DNA of 63,694 nt, filler included, from Reticulomyxa filosa (taxonomy: Eukaryota; Protista; Foraminifera): assembly GCA_000512085.1 (NCBI GenBank). It is 11 parts of 11 records of this genome, joined end to end, with 100 filler letters (N's around TTAATTAATTAA, not from the genome) between each part and the next. Parts side by side here need not be neighbours in the genome. Positions count along the whole stretch, not along the records: positions 1 to 18,436 come from ASPP01024893.1; 10 more parts are not named here. One strand, written 5' to 3'. This document shows positions 1 through 15,088 of this stretch, piece after piece. Below the pieces are notes generated by a model. The model did not search any database. It was not told where the DNA came from and saw only the letters and a list, made by a program, of their open reading frames with translations. Both the position numbers and the translations under genes were made by a program. Positions within the stretch are counted from its first letter, which is position 1, and each line of letters begins with the position of its first letter.

Positions 1-1526
1 TGCCGGAGCTCAATCAACGCTTTTGTCGTTTCTTACTATGGATTCTTGGCTAGCTCTCTTTTTTTTTTTCATGACTTAAGTTTTATAAACCCAATTACAA
101 TATCATCGCTGTTTGTGATATTACTTCTTGTGTTGTAGCGTTTATAGTTGTAGATTACTTATTATGATTGATGAATCGATCATAATTAAAGCGATTTCGC
201 GCTTGATATGTTCGTTTGTTTATGTTTTCTCTTTTTTTTTTACGTTTTCAGTTTTCTATCTTTTCTTAAATTGCTGTTTTTTGTTCCATTATAGTGTTTA
301 TATAGGTGGATTGTTTTGTTCTCGACACTCAGCTTCACTTTTGTTTTGTCTTCCTTGAGAACGCATTCAAACGCTGTTGAATTACTTCAGGACCAAATCA
401 GCTTTTGCTTTGAAACAAAGCTGTTGTTATGATTGCGTGAAAATGACCTTTGATAAACAAAATTGTTTTTTTAATGATACACATAAAGTCTGGGAATGGA
501 ACATTTTCAGGGGCTAAGAGAGAAATTTAAAACTAGTAGATTTGCGACAAAGGATCTGTAGTACAAGTCCCTATTCCAAAGGTTTGAACTCGGGAGGCCC
601 GAGGAACCCCCAGTGGGTTAAACTTCCTTTACAACCTTCTTCACTTTGCCTTGTTTTGTTTTCCTCTTTTTCGTGTCATTTCTCTTTAATTTGTTTTAAT
701 TTACTTGTTTGTTGACAATCAGGCTCTTTGAGCAAAAAAGCACTTTCGTATTACATTTAGTGCGAACTCTTTTCTGGCTGACGTCTTACATTAGTTAACT
801 CGTATATTTCTCTCACATCAACAAGTCTCAGGAAAATGAAAATTGCTTAAGTAGTAAGCGAACCAGAGATTAAAATATCTCCTCAATCACTTACGCGAAT
901 AATATTTCTCAAGCCTTTCTTTGTTTCAAAGACATAGCAACTTTGCGTGACAATTTGTATATGATTCATGTATAATCAATTCAAAAAAATAAAAATAAAA
1001 ATGACGAGACAATGTATCAAAAAAAGATAATTCAATATTAAGTAAATGGCCTGGCCAAAAGAAAGCAAAGGTTAGGATTAGTAGAGGAACGAATAGGGGA
1101 AAGACCAGACAAACGAATAGTAAAAGGTCGTAATTGTGACCGCTTCGAAAGAGATTTGGGAAGTTTATATTTATAGTTTTGAAAGAAGTAATTCATTTCA
1201 CAAAAATATAGCGTCATCACCAGCAGCAATCAAAAACTGTTTCCACACGTCCATTTGAAATTTCAACAAAGAAAATTAGCAGGCAGTGGTTCCTTTAATG
1301 ATGTATTTTTCACTTATTAATGATGAAAAAAAGGCTTTTTTGTTCTTGTTTTTTTACAAGAGAGTTCAAGTATTGAGTGGATAAGACATTAAACTTTACC
1401 CACGAACGTAAAAGGGTACCCCTTGACGGAAGACTTATTTGATTTTTCTTGATAAACAAGTTAGTAACTCATTTGAAAACGCGCACAGTCACAACATCAA
1501 TCAAAGACAAAAAAAAAGATTCCTAT

Positions 1527-4500
1527 TCATTTGACCAGTGGTCGATTATCATTTACTGTGTTACAATTTTTGGCTTGGTAAGTTCCCATGTATTGTAAGA
1601 ACTCCATTTTCAATCTGTATTCGTTATGTTCATAAATAAGACCACAGTAAACAAACAAGATATGACTCAATGTTCCAAAAATTTGCAAATAATTGAAAAA
1701 AAAAATGCATAAATAAAAAGACAACAACATACGAATCCGATTCACTCATAGGATTCAAGCTGCCATTTCCATTTGACCTTTCATTTTTTTGTGCGGTATT
1801 TTGATGTGCCTGTGTTACAATTGGTGCAGCCATTTCAATTGGCATATTGGGCTGCCATGTACGTGCAGTGGCAGTAGCGCTGCCATTGGTACTAGTGGAG
1901 GCATGAATTGCATTTGTTTGTGCCATCTGTTGTTGATTCATTTGCTGTAAATTCCATTGTATCAAATTATTTTTATGAAGTTGTGAATAAATGGCATGTT
2001 GGTGCAATTTTTCGGTATTTTTCAAGTTTCTTCTGCACAGCATACAACAGTGTCGATTGTAATCCAAAAAACTGTTGGCTTGTTCCAGCAAGGAGGGATG
2101 AACGATGGCAGCCAAATCAATAGGGGAAGACGTATTCATGGAATTCAAGTTGGCGTTTGTCGCTTGTGAAACGCTAGTTTCGTCACTGTTGGATGGAAGA
2201 AGGGAGGATTGATCATTGCTACTATTGTTGACGTTGATATTAGGTTTATTGCCAAGTAAAGAGAATCGCAATGCACCCGTCTTCTTTTTTCCTTTCTCTT
2301 TGTCAGTCTTGGACCTCTTTTCGTCGTCATTCTTGTCTTCAACAGACAATGAGGAGGATGACTTGGAATTTGGTTCGATTTTTATTTTTTTGTTATCATC
2401 ATTCGCCCAAAACACAAGAAAGCAACCAACAACAACAAAAAAAGGCAATACGTTTTTCTCCATCCCATACAACACACATTCTTTGGTTAGCACAAAACCT
2501 TGTGTGCGACTTTCTGTGCTTGTAATAATTGCTGCTTCAAATGAATGGGATCAGGTACATTCACATAAGTTTGGGTTTGATGGTCCCAGTCATAAAAATT
2601 ACCTTGGAAATAATAGAGCTTTCGAACCACATCAAAGTAATAACCACTATTAGGGTCATAAAAATGTCCGCTGTTACAATCCCAACGAAAGGTCGGGGCA
2701 ATCCCATACTCACTCGGGGACGGCATATTTCCAATCGATGCTGTTTCTAAACCTTTCACTGTCATTTTATGTGGCGGATTATGGGGGGTTTTCATTGTCA
2801 CTTGTGACAACAAGTCAATTGTATTGGCTGCCATCAATGGTGCACCCTGCAATTATTTCGTCGTTGGAGAATGAATGATCCACAATTGTAAAGAAAAAAA
2901 GAAGGAAAGGAAACAAACAACAACATATTGATTATATTTATTTAATTTGCTTTTTCAAAAAAGTTTCGTTTTTGATTATTGTTGTGACATCCTTTTTGTG
3001 ATAAGTTAAATGTGTTTGACAATGGCTATCTAACTGCAATTTTGTTTCCCCAAGCCGCTTGCTCTTGTACTTGTTGCAAAAAGATTGCCCCGGAGAGATC
3101 GTCTTTTCCCGACTTTTTTTCCTGAGGTATTTCCTTATCATTGGCATTTTTGACACTATTGGTTTTCGCTTTTTTATTGGCAGGCCCATTTCCGCTTTTG
3201 ACTTGGTCATCCATTACTTGTGTATGGAGTGGGCGCTTCACATAAAGGTTAGGTTTGACCAAAGCCAAATGAATTGGATGGTTTGCAATAGTTACATTAT
3301 GCAGTACTGCTTGCTTGATCGCATTTTTGGAATCCTCTTCTGTGGCAAATTGGATAAACGCTCTTCGTAGTTTTGGCACTCCGTGTTCATCCACAGTTCC
3401 GTCCCCGTTCATTTTGGATATATATACTCCCTAGAAATTTATTTATTTTTTTTTTTTTGAAAGGCAGCAATGATGAAACAAAAACTAATGACACATACCA
3501 CAACAGCAGCATAGGGCTGAAAAGCATAAGCAAGCATGGCCTCTGTCATGTCGTGACTAACCCCTTCCACGACAACTACTGCGCCACTCGTAAAGTCAAT
3601 CCATTGTGCTTGCCTTTCCACTTCATTCTGTGTTTTCCCGTTAGCATCAATGAATGTATAACTTCAAATTCCACTCTCTCTCCACTTCATGCATGTGTGC
3701 AATGTGCACAACTTGCAATTGGGGAAAGAAAAGAAAGGAAGGATGAAGAGAGGAATAATGATATCAACAAAAAAAACAACTAATACTTCACTTCTCCCAA
3801 AAGTAAAGGATGTCCTTCCGGGGATATTCTCGTGCACTCCGGTGTTAGCATACTCTTGCAACTGCTACATCTGTCTTTGTTCGACATATTGTGATAATAA
3901 CACTCGTGACAAAGCCAATCGCTTCGTTGACCGGCCTTCAAATTGCCCCTTTCCACTATTTGTTGGATCAAATATACAATAGTACTCAAAATTTAGAATA
4001 GGAACCAAAAGATGGGAATAAATAAATATACAAAAATCCCTGCACTCTTCTCTCCCTTTCCCTCCCTTTTTTCAGTCAATCTCATCCTCAATTATAAATG
4101 GATTAAAACCTAGTTCACTGTCAGTGCGCACATAGTTTAATTCCAACACTGTGTCCGAGTCAAGAAAGAACTCCCCACCATTAAATTCATTATTTTCAAC
4201 AAAGTCGATACATTTTGAAATGCTTTCAAAACGAACTAATCCATACAAGGCATTTTTCCTTTCACTTGTTTCATTGCGTACAATGTCAGTACTCACAGGC
4301 TGATACGCTCTATATACACATAAACAGATATTTGTTTTCCTTTTATGATATTTACTGACACACAAACAAAAAAAAAACTAACAACCGGATTTTCGCACAA
4401 AACAAGTGAACAATCTGTTAACGACAAAAAATATTGATTAGGAGAGAAAAAGAAGGGAGGGACAAACCTGATGGCATGGTATAATTGAGTTTCTGTCATG

Positions 4501-5431
4501 TCTTTGGGCAGGTTGTAAACAATGGCCATGCTGGTGGGTGGGGGGAATTCTCTTTGGTTATGTCTACGTATTTTCCAGTCCCCTCTACCAGAACATTCAT
4601 ACAACGCCCAAAAAAAAAAAAATGAAAAGGGAAGGAAAGAAAAAACAAGAGTTATGATATTAGTTGTAGAAATGGCAATGGCAATGATATCAACAAAAAT
4701 GTAGTAAGTTCAGTTGGTAAAGTTAGAAACTGATCACGGCCGCGACTACGACCCCGAGAGTCAGTACGACTGCGACTGCGACTACGATTGGTGTGAGCGT
4801 TTCTGCGGCGATATTTTTGGTTTCGAGATTGTCTAGTTTTGTTTCTACTGTCACTCTCACTTCTATTTCTGCTTCGGCTTCTACTCTTGCTTTTACTGTT
4901 ACTCTTCTGTTTACTTCTACTCCCACTTCTATTTCTACTTCTGCTTCTGTTTCTACTTCTACTTTTGCTTTTGCTCTTACTCTTACTCTTTGTCTTGCTT
5001 TTGCTGTTTATCGAATGTGTTCCGTTTTGGCTGTCTTTCTTTTGATTTATGCTTTCGCTTTTTTTTTGGCTTTTTAATTTGTTCATCTTTTCAAATTGAC
5101 GTTCTTTTTCTCGACTTCTACTTTTGCTTCGACTATTACTCTTTTTGTTGCTATTGTACGCCTTTTTGTTCGCGGACTTGGCCTTGCTTTCTGTTGTTAG
5201 CATGTTATTACTGTTGCTATGGCTGTGGCTATCTTTCGTGTTTGCGTTGCTATGGTGGTTCCCAGAATGTGCCCCTTGCTTGGAGTTACTTTTACTCATT
5301 CCTGTCTCGCCTTTCTTTTCATTCGACTGCGATTTTTCCTTATCAGCTTTATTTTGACCACTTTTTTCATCTCCGAAACCAGAGCGTCCCACATTCCAAC
5401 GGGATGATGTGGTTTTTGAACTTGAAGGCAT
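1527..5431 (-). CDS. RBM5/RBM10-like splicing factor (RS region, RRM, RanBP2 zinc finger, RRM, OCRE, C2H2 zinc finger), multi-exon
   Basis: ATG at 5431 (MPSSSK). Colinear domains: RS/KS dipeptide tract (~4720-5130); RRM1 (MAIVYNLPKDMTETQL...YGLVRF); RanBP2 finger DWLCHECYYHNMSNKDRCSSC; RRM2 (VVVEGVSHDMTEAML...RRAFIQF); OCRE (FRWDCNSGHFYDPNSGYYFD...YDWDHQTQTY); C2H2 (CCMLCRRNLKNTEKLHQHAIYSQLHKNNL). This is the RBM5/6/10 domain order. The last exon was placed by eye. Confidence 0.85.
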
Positions 5432-6191
5432 TGTGATTTCCGATAAATTTTTTGTTTTTTCTTTGCTTTTTCTCTTCCTAAAAAAAAGGGATAGCATAAA
5501 GTTCCGAAAAAACTTACAACGGACTTCCGTTTACCCCCGTTTAGTGGTGCTTATAAATAGCAGACTAAAATTGCTATTTGTTCTAAACGTGATACTACAT
5601 CGCTTTTTAACCAACATTTTAATATGTCTTCACAAATTGTTTACGTTGTGAAAAGGATTTCGCTGAAAACAATTATTTTTAAAATGTTGTTTAGCTCATA
5701 CAATTTTTGTGTACAAAATAACACATTGTAATACTGTAACCTAAAAAACAACCAAAAGGAGTGAAAAGAAGGACTTCCTTTTTATTTTATTAATTTTCTT
5801 TCGTAAAATTAATCAGCTTAGAACTTTTAAACATACAAAATTAAAACCATTAACATAAATAAACAAATAGTTTAAATTTTGATATTGGATAATTTGCTTA
5901 ACTGAAAATGTAAGCAATGAAAAATCTAACTTATTTAACAAACTATTGAGATGATTACAGAAAATATATTCTGCTGACGTACTTTATGGAAAGTGAAATA
6001 TTCATTTTGTAGCAAATTTCATAAAAAGAAAGTAAAAGAAAATTGTAAAACTCAAGAAAAATGAAAAGTGGAAAATTGGTTCGAATCAGTTTATTATTTT
6101 AGTTACGAAAAGAAGGAGGGACATCTTGAAAAGAGCGCGTATCGTTCCATTTAAAGAATCCATTGACTTACCGAAATTCTTAGCTGGTCAA

Positions 6192-8052
6192 ATGGAGAAC
6201 AAAGAGCCTATAGAACAGGCCTGGTATGGTGACGAAGATGTATCAGTCATGCAGGATCGAACAGTCAACGAAGCCTTCTTTAGTGACAGTGAAATAGATG
6301 AAGAAGACGAAGATAAGACGATAACACTAACCAGTAACACATTGAAGATCATTCATTGCGGAACAACTTTTATAAATGGTATTTACCATCGAGTGTCCGG
6401 TACTTCTTTTGTACGTAAATGTCGTCATCCGATAACAAACCGACCCTTAAAATTGGAGATCACCCAAATTGACTTGCAACCCCTGTTCGAAGAAAAGAAG
6501 ATTTACCATCAACAACAGCAAGCACAACCACAGCAGCTGCAACTGGTACATCTAAAAAAAGTGGGTTCACCTACGAAAGGTGACAGACCAGCAGACGAAT
6601 CAAAGAAATATCCATGGATGCCAAGTCCAAACACGTACAACTACAACAAGGCATTTGTAATACGCAGCATCTATCCTTGTCCGGTGGAGATCCATTACTA
6701 CATTTGCAGAAACGATGGCGATGCTGCGCACTGGTTGCCAGTGGCCGGACTGAAGCCCACGCCGACAGTGTCTCCAATTAACGACATGGTGCACTTTTTC
6801 AGAATGCCATTTTATCCCGTCTCCACCTGGCCACACGAGGAAAAACATCGTCCGGAGAAAAGTGGTAAGAAAGGAATTTTGCAGCAAGAGATCGACAGAC
6901 AAAAAGAAGAAAGCGAAAGGAAAATTGAAATCAAACAATGGCATAAGCATTTACCAGTTTAGCCTTTTATTAAACGCTTTCATACGAGTTTTGATTGCAA
7001 CAAACAAAAATGCTGGGCTGGACTGTAGCACAAAGTAGTACCCGTAAAGACAAGGTGGGTATATTTAGGCATGGGATTGCATGGCGGTCGAGCATTGATG
7101 ATAGACGTTCCATTGAATTGGACGGTGTGGGATGTCATTCGTGAGATATGCGATGCCAATGATTGCAGCAAAGATCCCTCGCACCCTTTATACTCGGCGG
7201 CGCAAGCGGAACGAGCTGCGATGGACACGAGCGAAGCAGGACGTGTTCCGAATGGATCGTTGACCGGCTTTAGTCCGTGGAATGTTCGCTTGGTTTGTCA
7301 TGATCCGAATACCAATTATGCCACTTTCGTGCATTTTCGCTTTCGTCAAACACTTCAACAAATACTAGAGATCGCTGCTGAAGATTCCAAAAAATGGTTT
7401 CGCAAACATGGCATGCAGCCAATGGAAAAATGTCTGTCCATTTCCAATTCTCCCCACTTTGAAATGTATGAATTAATCGATGGCAGATATAGTTATCAGT
7501 CAAGGTATCGACCTTGTTATTCCTATGCCAAAGATGCCAAGCCGCCTGAGTACGGATTGGAGAAAATGCATCCCAAACCCTATGCCAAGTTTTTTTCACT
7601 TTTTTTTAGGACATTTGATTTTGTAATATGCTACATACAAATATATATATATATTTTTTTTTTAAATGTAATCGGTTTGAAATCTCAGAGATGGCGATTC
7701 GACAGACAAACATCTTGTCAAAAGACCCTTTGATTTTCATGCTCTTCGCATTTGGGAACATCAAACCTTGACTCTGATGTATGGGGATGAGGTGTTCCAA
7801 TTGATACTGGAACACTGTAGCCCCGGTTGTGTTTGTTGGACTGACGAATTATGTGGCTGTCGCATTGCATTTATCATTGAACATATGCTTCACATCAATG
7901 TCAAACATCAAGGATATGTGATGGGTGGAAAAGAAGTGGTCTTGGACTACTTAGATGAATCATTCTCACACAAACTATGGCTACACAACGGCCAAATGAT
8001 TATTTTCAAAAACTTTACAATATTCAATCAAATACAAAAAAATAAATTTTAA
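6192..8052 (+). CDS. Hypothetical protein, multi-exon (possible ubiquitin-like domain)
   Basis: Three same-strand ORFs (6126-6962, 7071-7733, 7768-8052) with coding-like composition, joinable by GT-AG introns (e.g. gtttagcc...ggactgtag, ~6958-7029). ALMIDVPLNWTVWDVIREIC resembles a ubiquitin/RA-fold strand-helix. Function unknown. Confidence 0.6.
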
Positions 8053-8511
8053 AGACAAAGTGCAGTCTTTCTGTGTTTGTAGGGCAAATGAAGAAAGTAT
8101 AATTTTGACATTCTAATTTGCATTTCTTAAAGAAAATCGTAGACAATCCTTTGAACCAACCAAAGGGCAGCACTTAGGAAAAAAACATATTAAAAGATTT
8201 GCAAGAATTTCATATGCTCTTCAATGTTTTATTATTAATGCGTAATTTTTTCCTTTTAGATTAAGAACTAAAACATTTTTATCTTTAAAACTTCTTTTTT
8301 CCATCAACAAATGACCAATTGTTCTGTATAAGTTATTTGGTGAGTTGTGTGTAGTCTTTTGACAATCTTTCATATGTATAGTTTTGCAATGACGTACTGA
8401 CAGCGCGATTGATTATTGGTCACAAAAAGTGTTCTTATTTTTTCCGGTTCACACCTAATCACTTAATAATTATATTTTTTTTTGGCGGGCAAGCTTATAA
8501 TCAATCATCTC

Positions 8512-10276
<1,765 letters not shown>

Positions 10277-11162
10277 GATACAGACTTTTGGCTCTTGTTT
10301 TGACGTATTTATTCCTTATTTCTTAATTTTCTTTTAAGAAAAGTCCCATTTTTATTCATTATCCCTTTACTACTTCTCAAGCAAAATTTTCAACTGAACA
10401 CCTAAAAAGTTTTTGATCAAACAACTGCTTCACATGCACACGAAGTCTCTTATTGCAATCTTTTAGTTCCACAAGCACATAACTTTGTGTCACTCATAAT
10501 ACATTAATTAGTTTTTAATTTTTACATGGATATATTTAATTTACTAATTGACTGCTTTTGATTTTATGAAGGTTCACTATGTTTGTAATCTGAAACAGAA
10601 CTTTGATCGAATGATAAATATTTATAATTTATGCTGTCCGTGACAAATACAGCTTTTCACTCCTAATTACTACGTTATAATATCCCTTCTTGTACAGCGG
10701 AAAAAAAATTTAATCTACAATAATGTTCAACAAACGATATGTATATTTCAAAAAATATATTTTACTTAACAATTGCAATCAATTGTATACTTGATAATAA
10801 ATATATTTTTAAATAAATGTTCAATGGTACTTGTGTACAAATATATTGATTTTTAAGAGCATTATGTTGTAGTACAGCATTAAGAAAAAGTAATATATTT
10901 AAGAATTAAAAGTACATTATTTTACCTTTCAAACCACAACAACTAATCTTTGTTTGACTTAACAATGATTTTAATTGTCAATACTTTCTTTCTACTACAT
11001 GTGTTAACAATATCACTTTGCCGTCACATAATTCACAATCTAAATGTTGGTGTATGATTAATATTACAAAATATAAACTATTTGTCTCAAAAAAATTTAG
11101 AGCTTAAAATTTAAAAATTTTTAAAACTTTTTTCTTATCGAAAAAAAACCATTTGTTGTCAA

Positions 11163-11503
11163 ATGTCTGCTTCAATCTCCAATACTGGAGCTGGCTGGAA
11201 ATGCAGCAAAAGATAATCAAAAACAAAGAATAATGCTAAGGTAAGTGACGTGTAAACACAGTTTGGTAAAACAAAAACTGGTTAAAAAAGTAAAAAATCT
11301 TTTTTAGACCATCATGTTAGCTGTCAAAAATGGTGACGAACTTGGCCGCTTATTGAGTAAAATTATGATATCACAAGCTGGTGTCATGCAAATATTCAAA
11401 ATGAACTCGTTCCGAAGAAAAAAGCAAAGGTGGTGAGTTTGCTGAAGAAAAAAGAGGCAAACAGAAACATTCTGGTCCTTTTGCAGCTTCACAAAGTTAT
11501 TAA
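11163..11503 (+). pseudogene. Histone H2A (H2A.X-like) pseudogene, N-terminal half missing
   Basis: 11182-11240 reads ILELAGNAAKDNQKQRIMLR. After the intron gtaagt...tttag (11241-11307) come IMLAVKNGDELGRLLSKIMISQAGVM, NIQNELVPKK and ...AASQSY* in successive frames. This matches the H2A histone-fold C-terminal half and docking domain, with three 1-nt deletions. Not in the ORF track. Confidence 0.85.
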
Positions 11504-12095
11504 AGTTTGAACTTTAGAGTGTTTTGGATTTGCAAATTTTGAAGTGAAATTGCTTTTTTTTAAATTGCACGTAATGCACTATTATGCTTGGCTAAAGTGT
11601 TACGTTGAGTTCTTTTTTTCCCTTTTAACAATACAATTTTTATGTGTCGTAATTGGTTTGTTGTTCGATGAGTAAAAAAATTGACTGAAAAGAATGTTCT
11701 TCGAACTTTTTTTTTTGAGTTTTTTAATTTTTTACGTTAGACTTGAAATTTCACAATCTGTTTCCTTTTCATAGTGGCAACAATACAATAAAATTATTGT
11801 TGTGCATGTTTAGGTGGTATATCATTACGTAGCAGAGCAATAGTTTTATTTATTGTTGGTTTGGGAAGTACAATCAAGCAAAAAATTTGAAATATACGCA
11901 TAAACTCTACATATTTTTGCATGTCGGAAGTATATACCAACAAACCTAACAGTTTAAAAATACAAAACTAAAGGGCTCATATCGATCGCATAACAGCATG
12001 AAGCCCGGAAACCTTGTCTTACAAACAAAAATCAGTTCGTTTAAACAATGAAAAAACGAAAGTAAGAATTAAAAATAAAAATAAGCAAACAAACA

Positions 12096-14673
12096 TCAAT
12101 GATGCCAACGGGGACGCTTGGAAGGTGAAAACGATGAATCACTATCGCTTGAGGTGCTATGGGAATTCCACCAACCATTGCCACTATTGCGGGTTGGAGG
12201 ACAATGAACTGGCGACGGCGTCGGTGAGACTGTGCAGTTGCACTGGGAAGGTGGCGGTGTTGGTTCCACTGTGCGAATTTAGTTGTTTATTAATAGTTAA
12301 CAAGAGAGGATTAAAGTGTATATAAAAAAATTACCTGGGCAAGTTGGATAAGCATTATCGATGGGATTGGAAACTGAAAATGATCGCAATGCTCCTGAAC
12401 TAGCATCGTTTTCTCGTCCTCCAAAGACCCATAACGTTGGTCCGATGGAATCGCAATCATAATAAATGATTCGAGCACCTTGCCGACCAAGTGCTAAAGG
12501 ATGAGTTGTTCCCGCAGATCCACAGGTAGTATTGCTGTTATTGTAATAACGGGCAGCGATGCAAGGGTCTTGCAAATCAGTTGGATTATTGGTAACATTG
12601 ACAGACCAGACGGTGTTAGGATTTTCACAGTTACCATTGCATTCAGGATTGTCTGGAGGACAGCATTCCCCGGTGTATCCTCCTGCAATAATAAATTGTA
12701 CGTCTTGATACAGCGTGGGAGCGGTTGTGGGTAAGCGAGTGAACGAAGGTGGTACGGAGGGAGCAATCGAAGGCTGAGAAGTCGTAAAGATATAGGGTGG
12801 AAAAGTTATTAATGGAGTCGGCAATGAAGTTGGTATCATAGTTGGTGCTGAAGTCGGTGATGGAACTGGTGACAATGTTGGTGCCGGGGTTATTAAACTT
12901 GGACAATTTCGAGACTCCAATTTTTTGGCATCCTGCAGGTATTGACTTACTCTATAGAACATATTCGTGTAAAAGTAATCACTAAGTGCAGAAGTGGAAT
13001 TCACGGATTTTGAATTTGTGACCAAACAGTCATAATAGTCTGCCGACGTTCTGTCACCCGATACGTAAACTGATACTGTCACGTTTTTCATTAAATCACT
13101 CGACTCTTGTCTGGAGCACACATAACTAGGTGGATTCGTTGTGTCCACGGCATTGCATATTGGATAGACAATCATGCTCTTTGAATTACCAGTGCTACTT
13201 GTTGAAAACATTTGCAATGCAGCTTGAACTCCAGAATCTATTTTTTTATGTTATTTTTTTGATAAAAAAAAAATGTACAAGCATAAAATTTTAACGTAAG
13301 CTCGAGCTAGTTGACAGCGTCTTATTGCCACAAGTCAAACTCTGAATGGTGCTATTAACAACTTGCAAGGAAACACCCTCTGGTAAGCTCAAATAAATAA
13401 CAGCGTCAGTACTGCGATACCCAACGATCCCAAATCGGGTACTTTGACTAACGTTGTAAAACGAAACTAGCTCTGATAAGTGATCTTTCAAATTGTCGCA
13501 TTGTGTTTCATTCAATGCCCATCCGCAACTTTCATCTAAGACCAGTATCGTATCGACTTGACTTGAGCAAGCCAAACTGTTTGCCAAATATCGATGGGTT
13601 GTCATTTTTGTTGACGTCACTTCATGTACCAGCAATGATCTACGTTTACTTTGAGAAATTACTTTTTTGTATTCACCCCCCCCCCCAAATTTTTGCTGTG
13701 TTGCTGAAAAAGGATCAATCATTACAAAGGACATTTTTTTGGCTCACATATGTACATTATTGTTTTTGTACATACTTATTGGGACAATTGCATTATTGTA
13801 AAGAGCCATTTTAGCACTAAGTGTAACCTTGAACTTGTGCCACTTTTGTCTGAGTATATTCTTCGACGCAATAATTTCAATTTGATCCGTGAATGTTGTG
13901 GGACCAACTTGACCACCTTTTTTTTTTTAAGAAAAAACTTTATGCATTATTCTCTTAAAAAAAAATTTAAGCAAATTAGTTATTACTGCTGACCAATGGC
14001 AAAGAGACGGCCAGTATTGGGATCGATACCACAAGCAAAATCAAATCGAGCTTGAATCATTGGCGGTCCATTTCCTACCCATGCTCCTGTTCTTAGATTA
14101 AAAATTTGAGCGTTGGTGGTGCCTCGGTTGTTAGAATTCATACCTCCAAGCATAAACAAGTGTGAACTATTTTGAGCAATACACACGTGAGGAACCCGTC
14201 TTGGTGGTTGTCTCGTTAATGCACTTACCGCAAAACTCGCTATTTTCCAGTGCACATAAGTTATACGTATGTGTATGTACATTTAAACTAGCAACGGGTT
14301 TTCTTTTTGATGTTGAAAAATGTAATGCATACTTACTTAAGTCAATGGAATAAAAGCTCTTATCTTTGTCATTCATAAAAAAAACCCGTTTGTCTAGAGT
14401 TACTGGCTGCACATGGCAGTTCATTGCAACGTTGACATCGTTGAAGTGAGAAACAGCTTGGGATTTCAAGTCAAATGCATAATGTTGCGTTGGATTTTTA
14501 ATACCTCCAAACACATGGACTTTGTTAGCATCCACTGCTGTTGAGTATCCGTACACCGTCCATTCATCGTCGTTTGGGAGTACGACTTGTCCAAGCGACC
14601 AGCTTGTTACTTGTGCATTTGTGCATCTCCAGGCAAAATTTAAAACGACTCCTACTAAATAAATAAAGAGCAT
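12096..14673 (-). CDS. Secreted Kelch-repeat / vWA / Pro-Thr-repeat protein, multi-exon
   Basis: Signal peptide MLFIYLVGVVLNFAWRCTNA-Q. Kelch blades KVHVFGG, HLFMLGG...W, RLFAIGG. vWA domain TILVLDESCG...TRFGIVGY. PTxxP repeats, then further Kelch-like blades FIIAGG and TLWVFGG. Intron phases checked for the junctions at 13992, 13777, 13297 and 12334. No transmembrane segment. Confidence 0.75.
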
Positions 14674-15088
14674 CTTCTTGGATTTCGTGACTAAACGCTT
14701 TTTTCTTACACTAAAAGTCGGACTAGGGTCAGCAAGTTGAAAAACCAAAAACAGTTACCCTAAACAAAAAGTATATTTTCAACAGTGTTAGACGATTTTT
14801 TTTTTGCTATTAATCCACTTTCCATTTTTATTTAATATCACAATAATTACCGCTTCATCTTGAACTTGTAAAACATAGGAATGTCTTTTGGCCTCTATCT
14901 ATTTCCATGAGTGATTTAGAATAAGAAAGGAACGATTGCAAAATCACACGTCAGCTACGCATTTGTTTTGCAAAGATTTAAAAAATTTGTTGAGTCGTTT
15001 CAAGTTGCGAAGTAGAATTTTGATTTGTATTTGGAATTGTGGATAGGACAAAAAAGTTTTTCATTCTACTTGGTAAAGCGAAAAAAAA

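Noticed and set aside
530-640. GC-richer patch with short inverted repeat (ctcgggaggcccgag) as a possible ncRNA
   Set aside because: No tRNA/snRNA/snoRNA hallmarks; 1-700 looks more like decayed minus-strand coding sequence.
4793-5436. Hydrophobic poly-Leu/Ala ORFs on the + strand (also 15137-15904, and 19005-19430 on -)
   Set aside because: Antisense shadows of RS/K/N-rich coding tracts.
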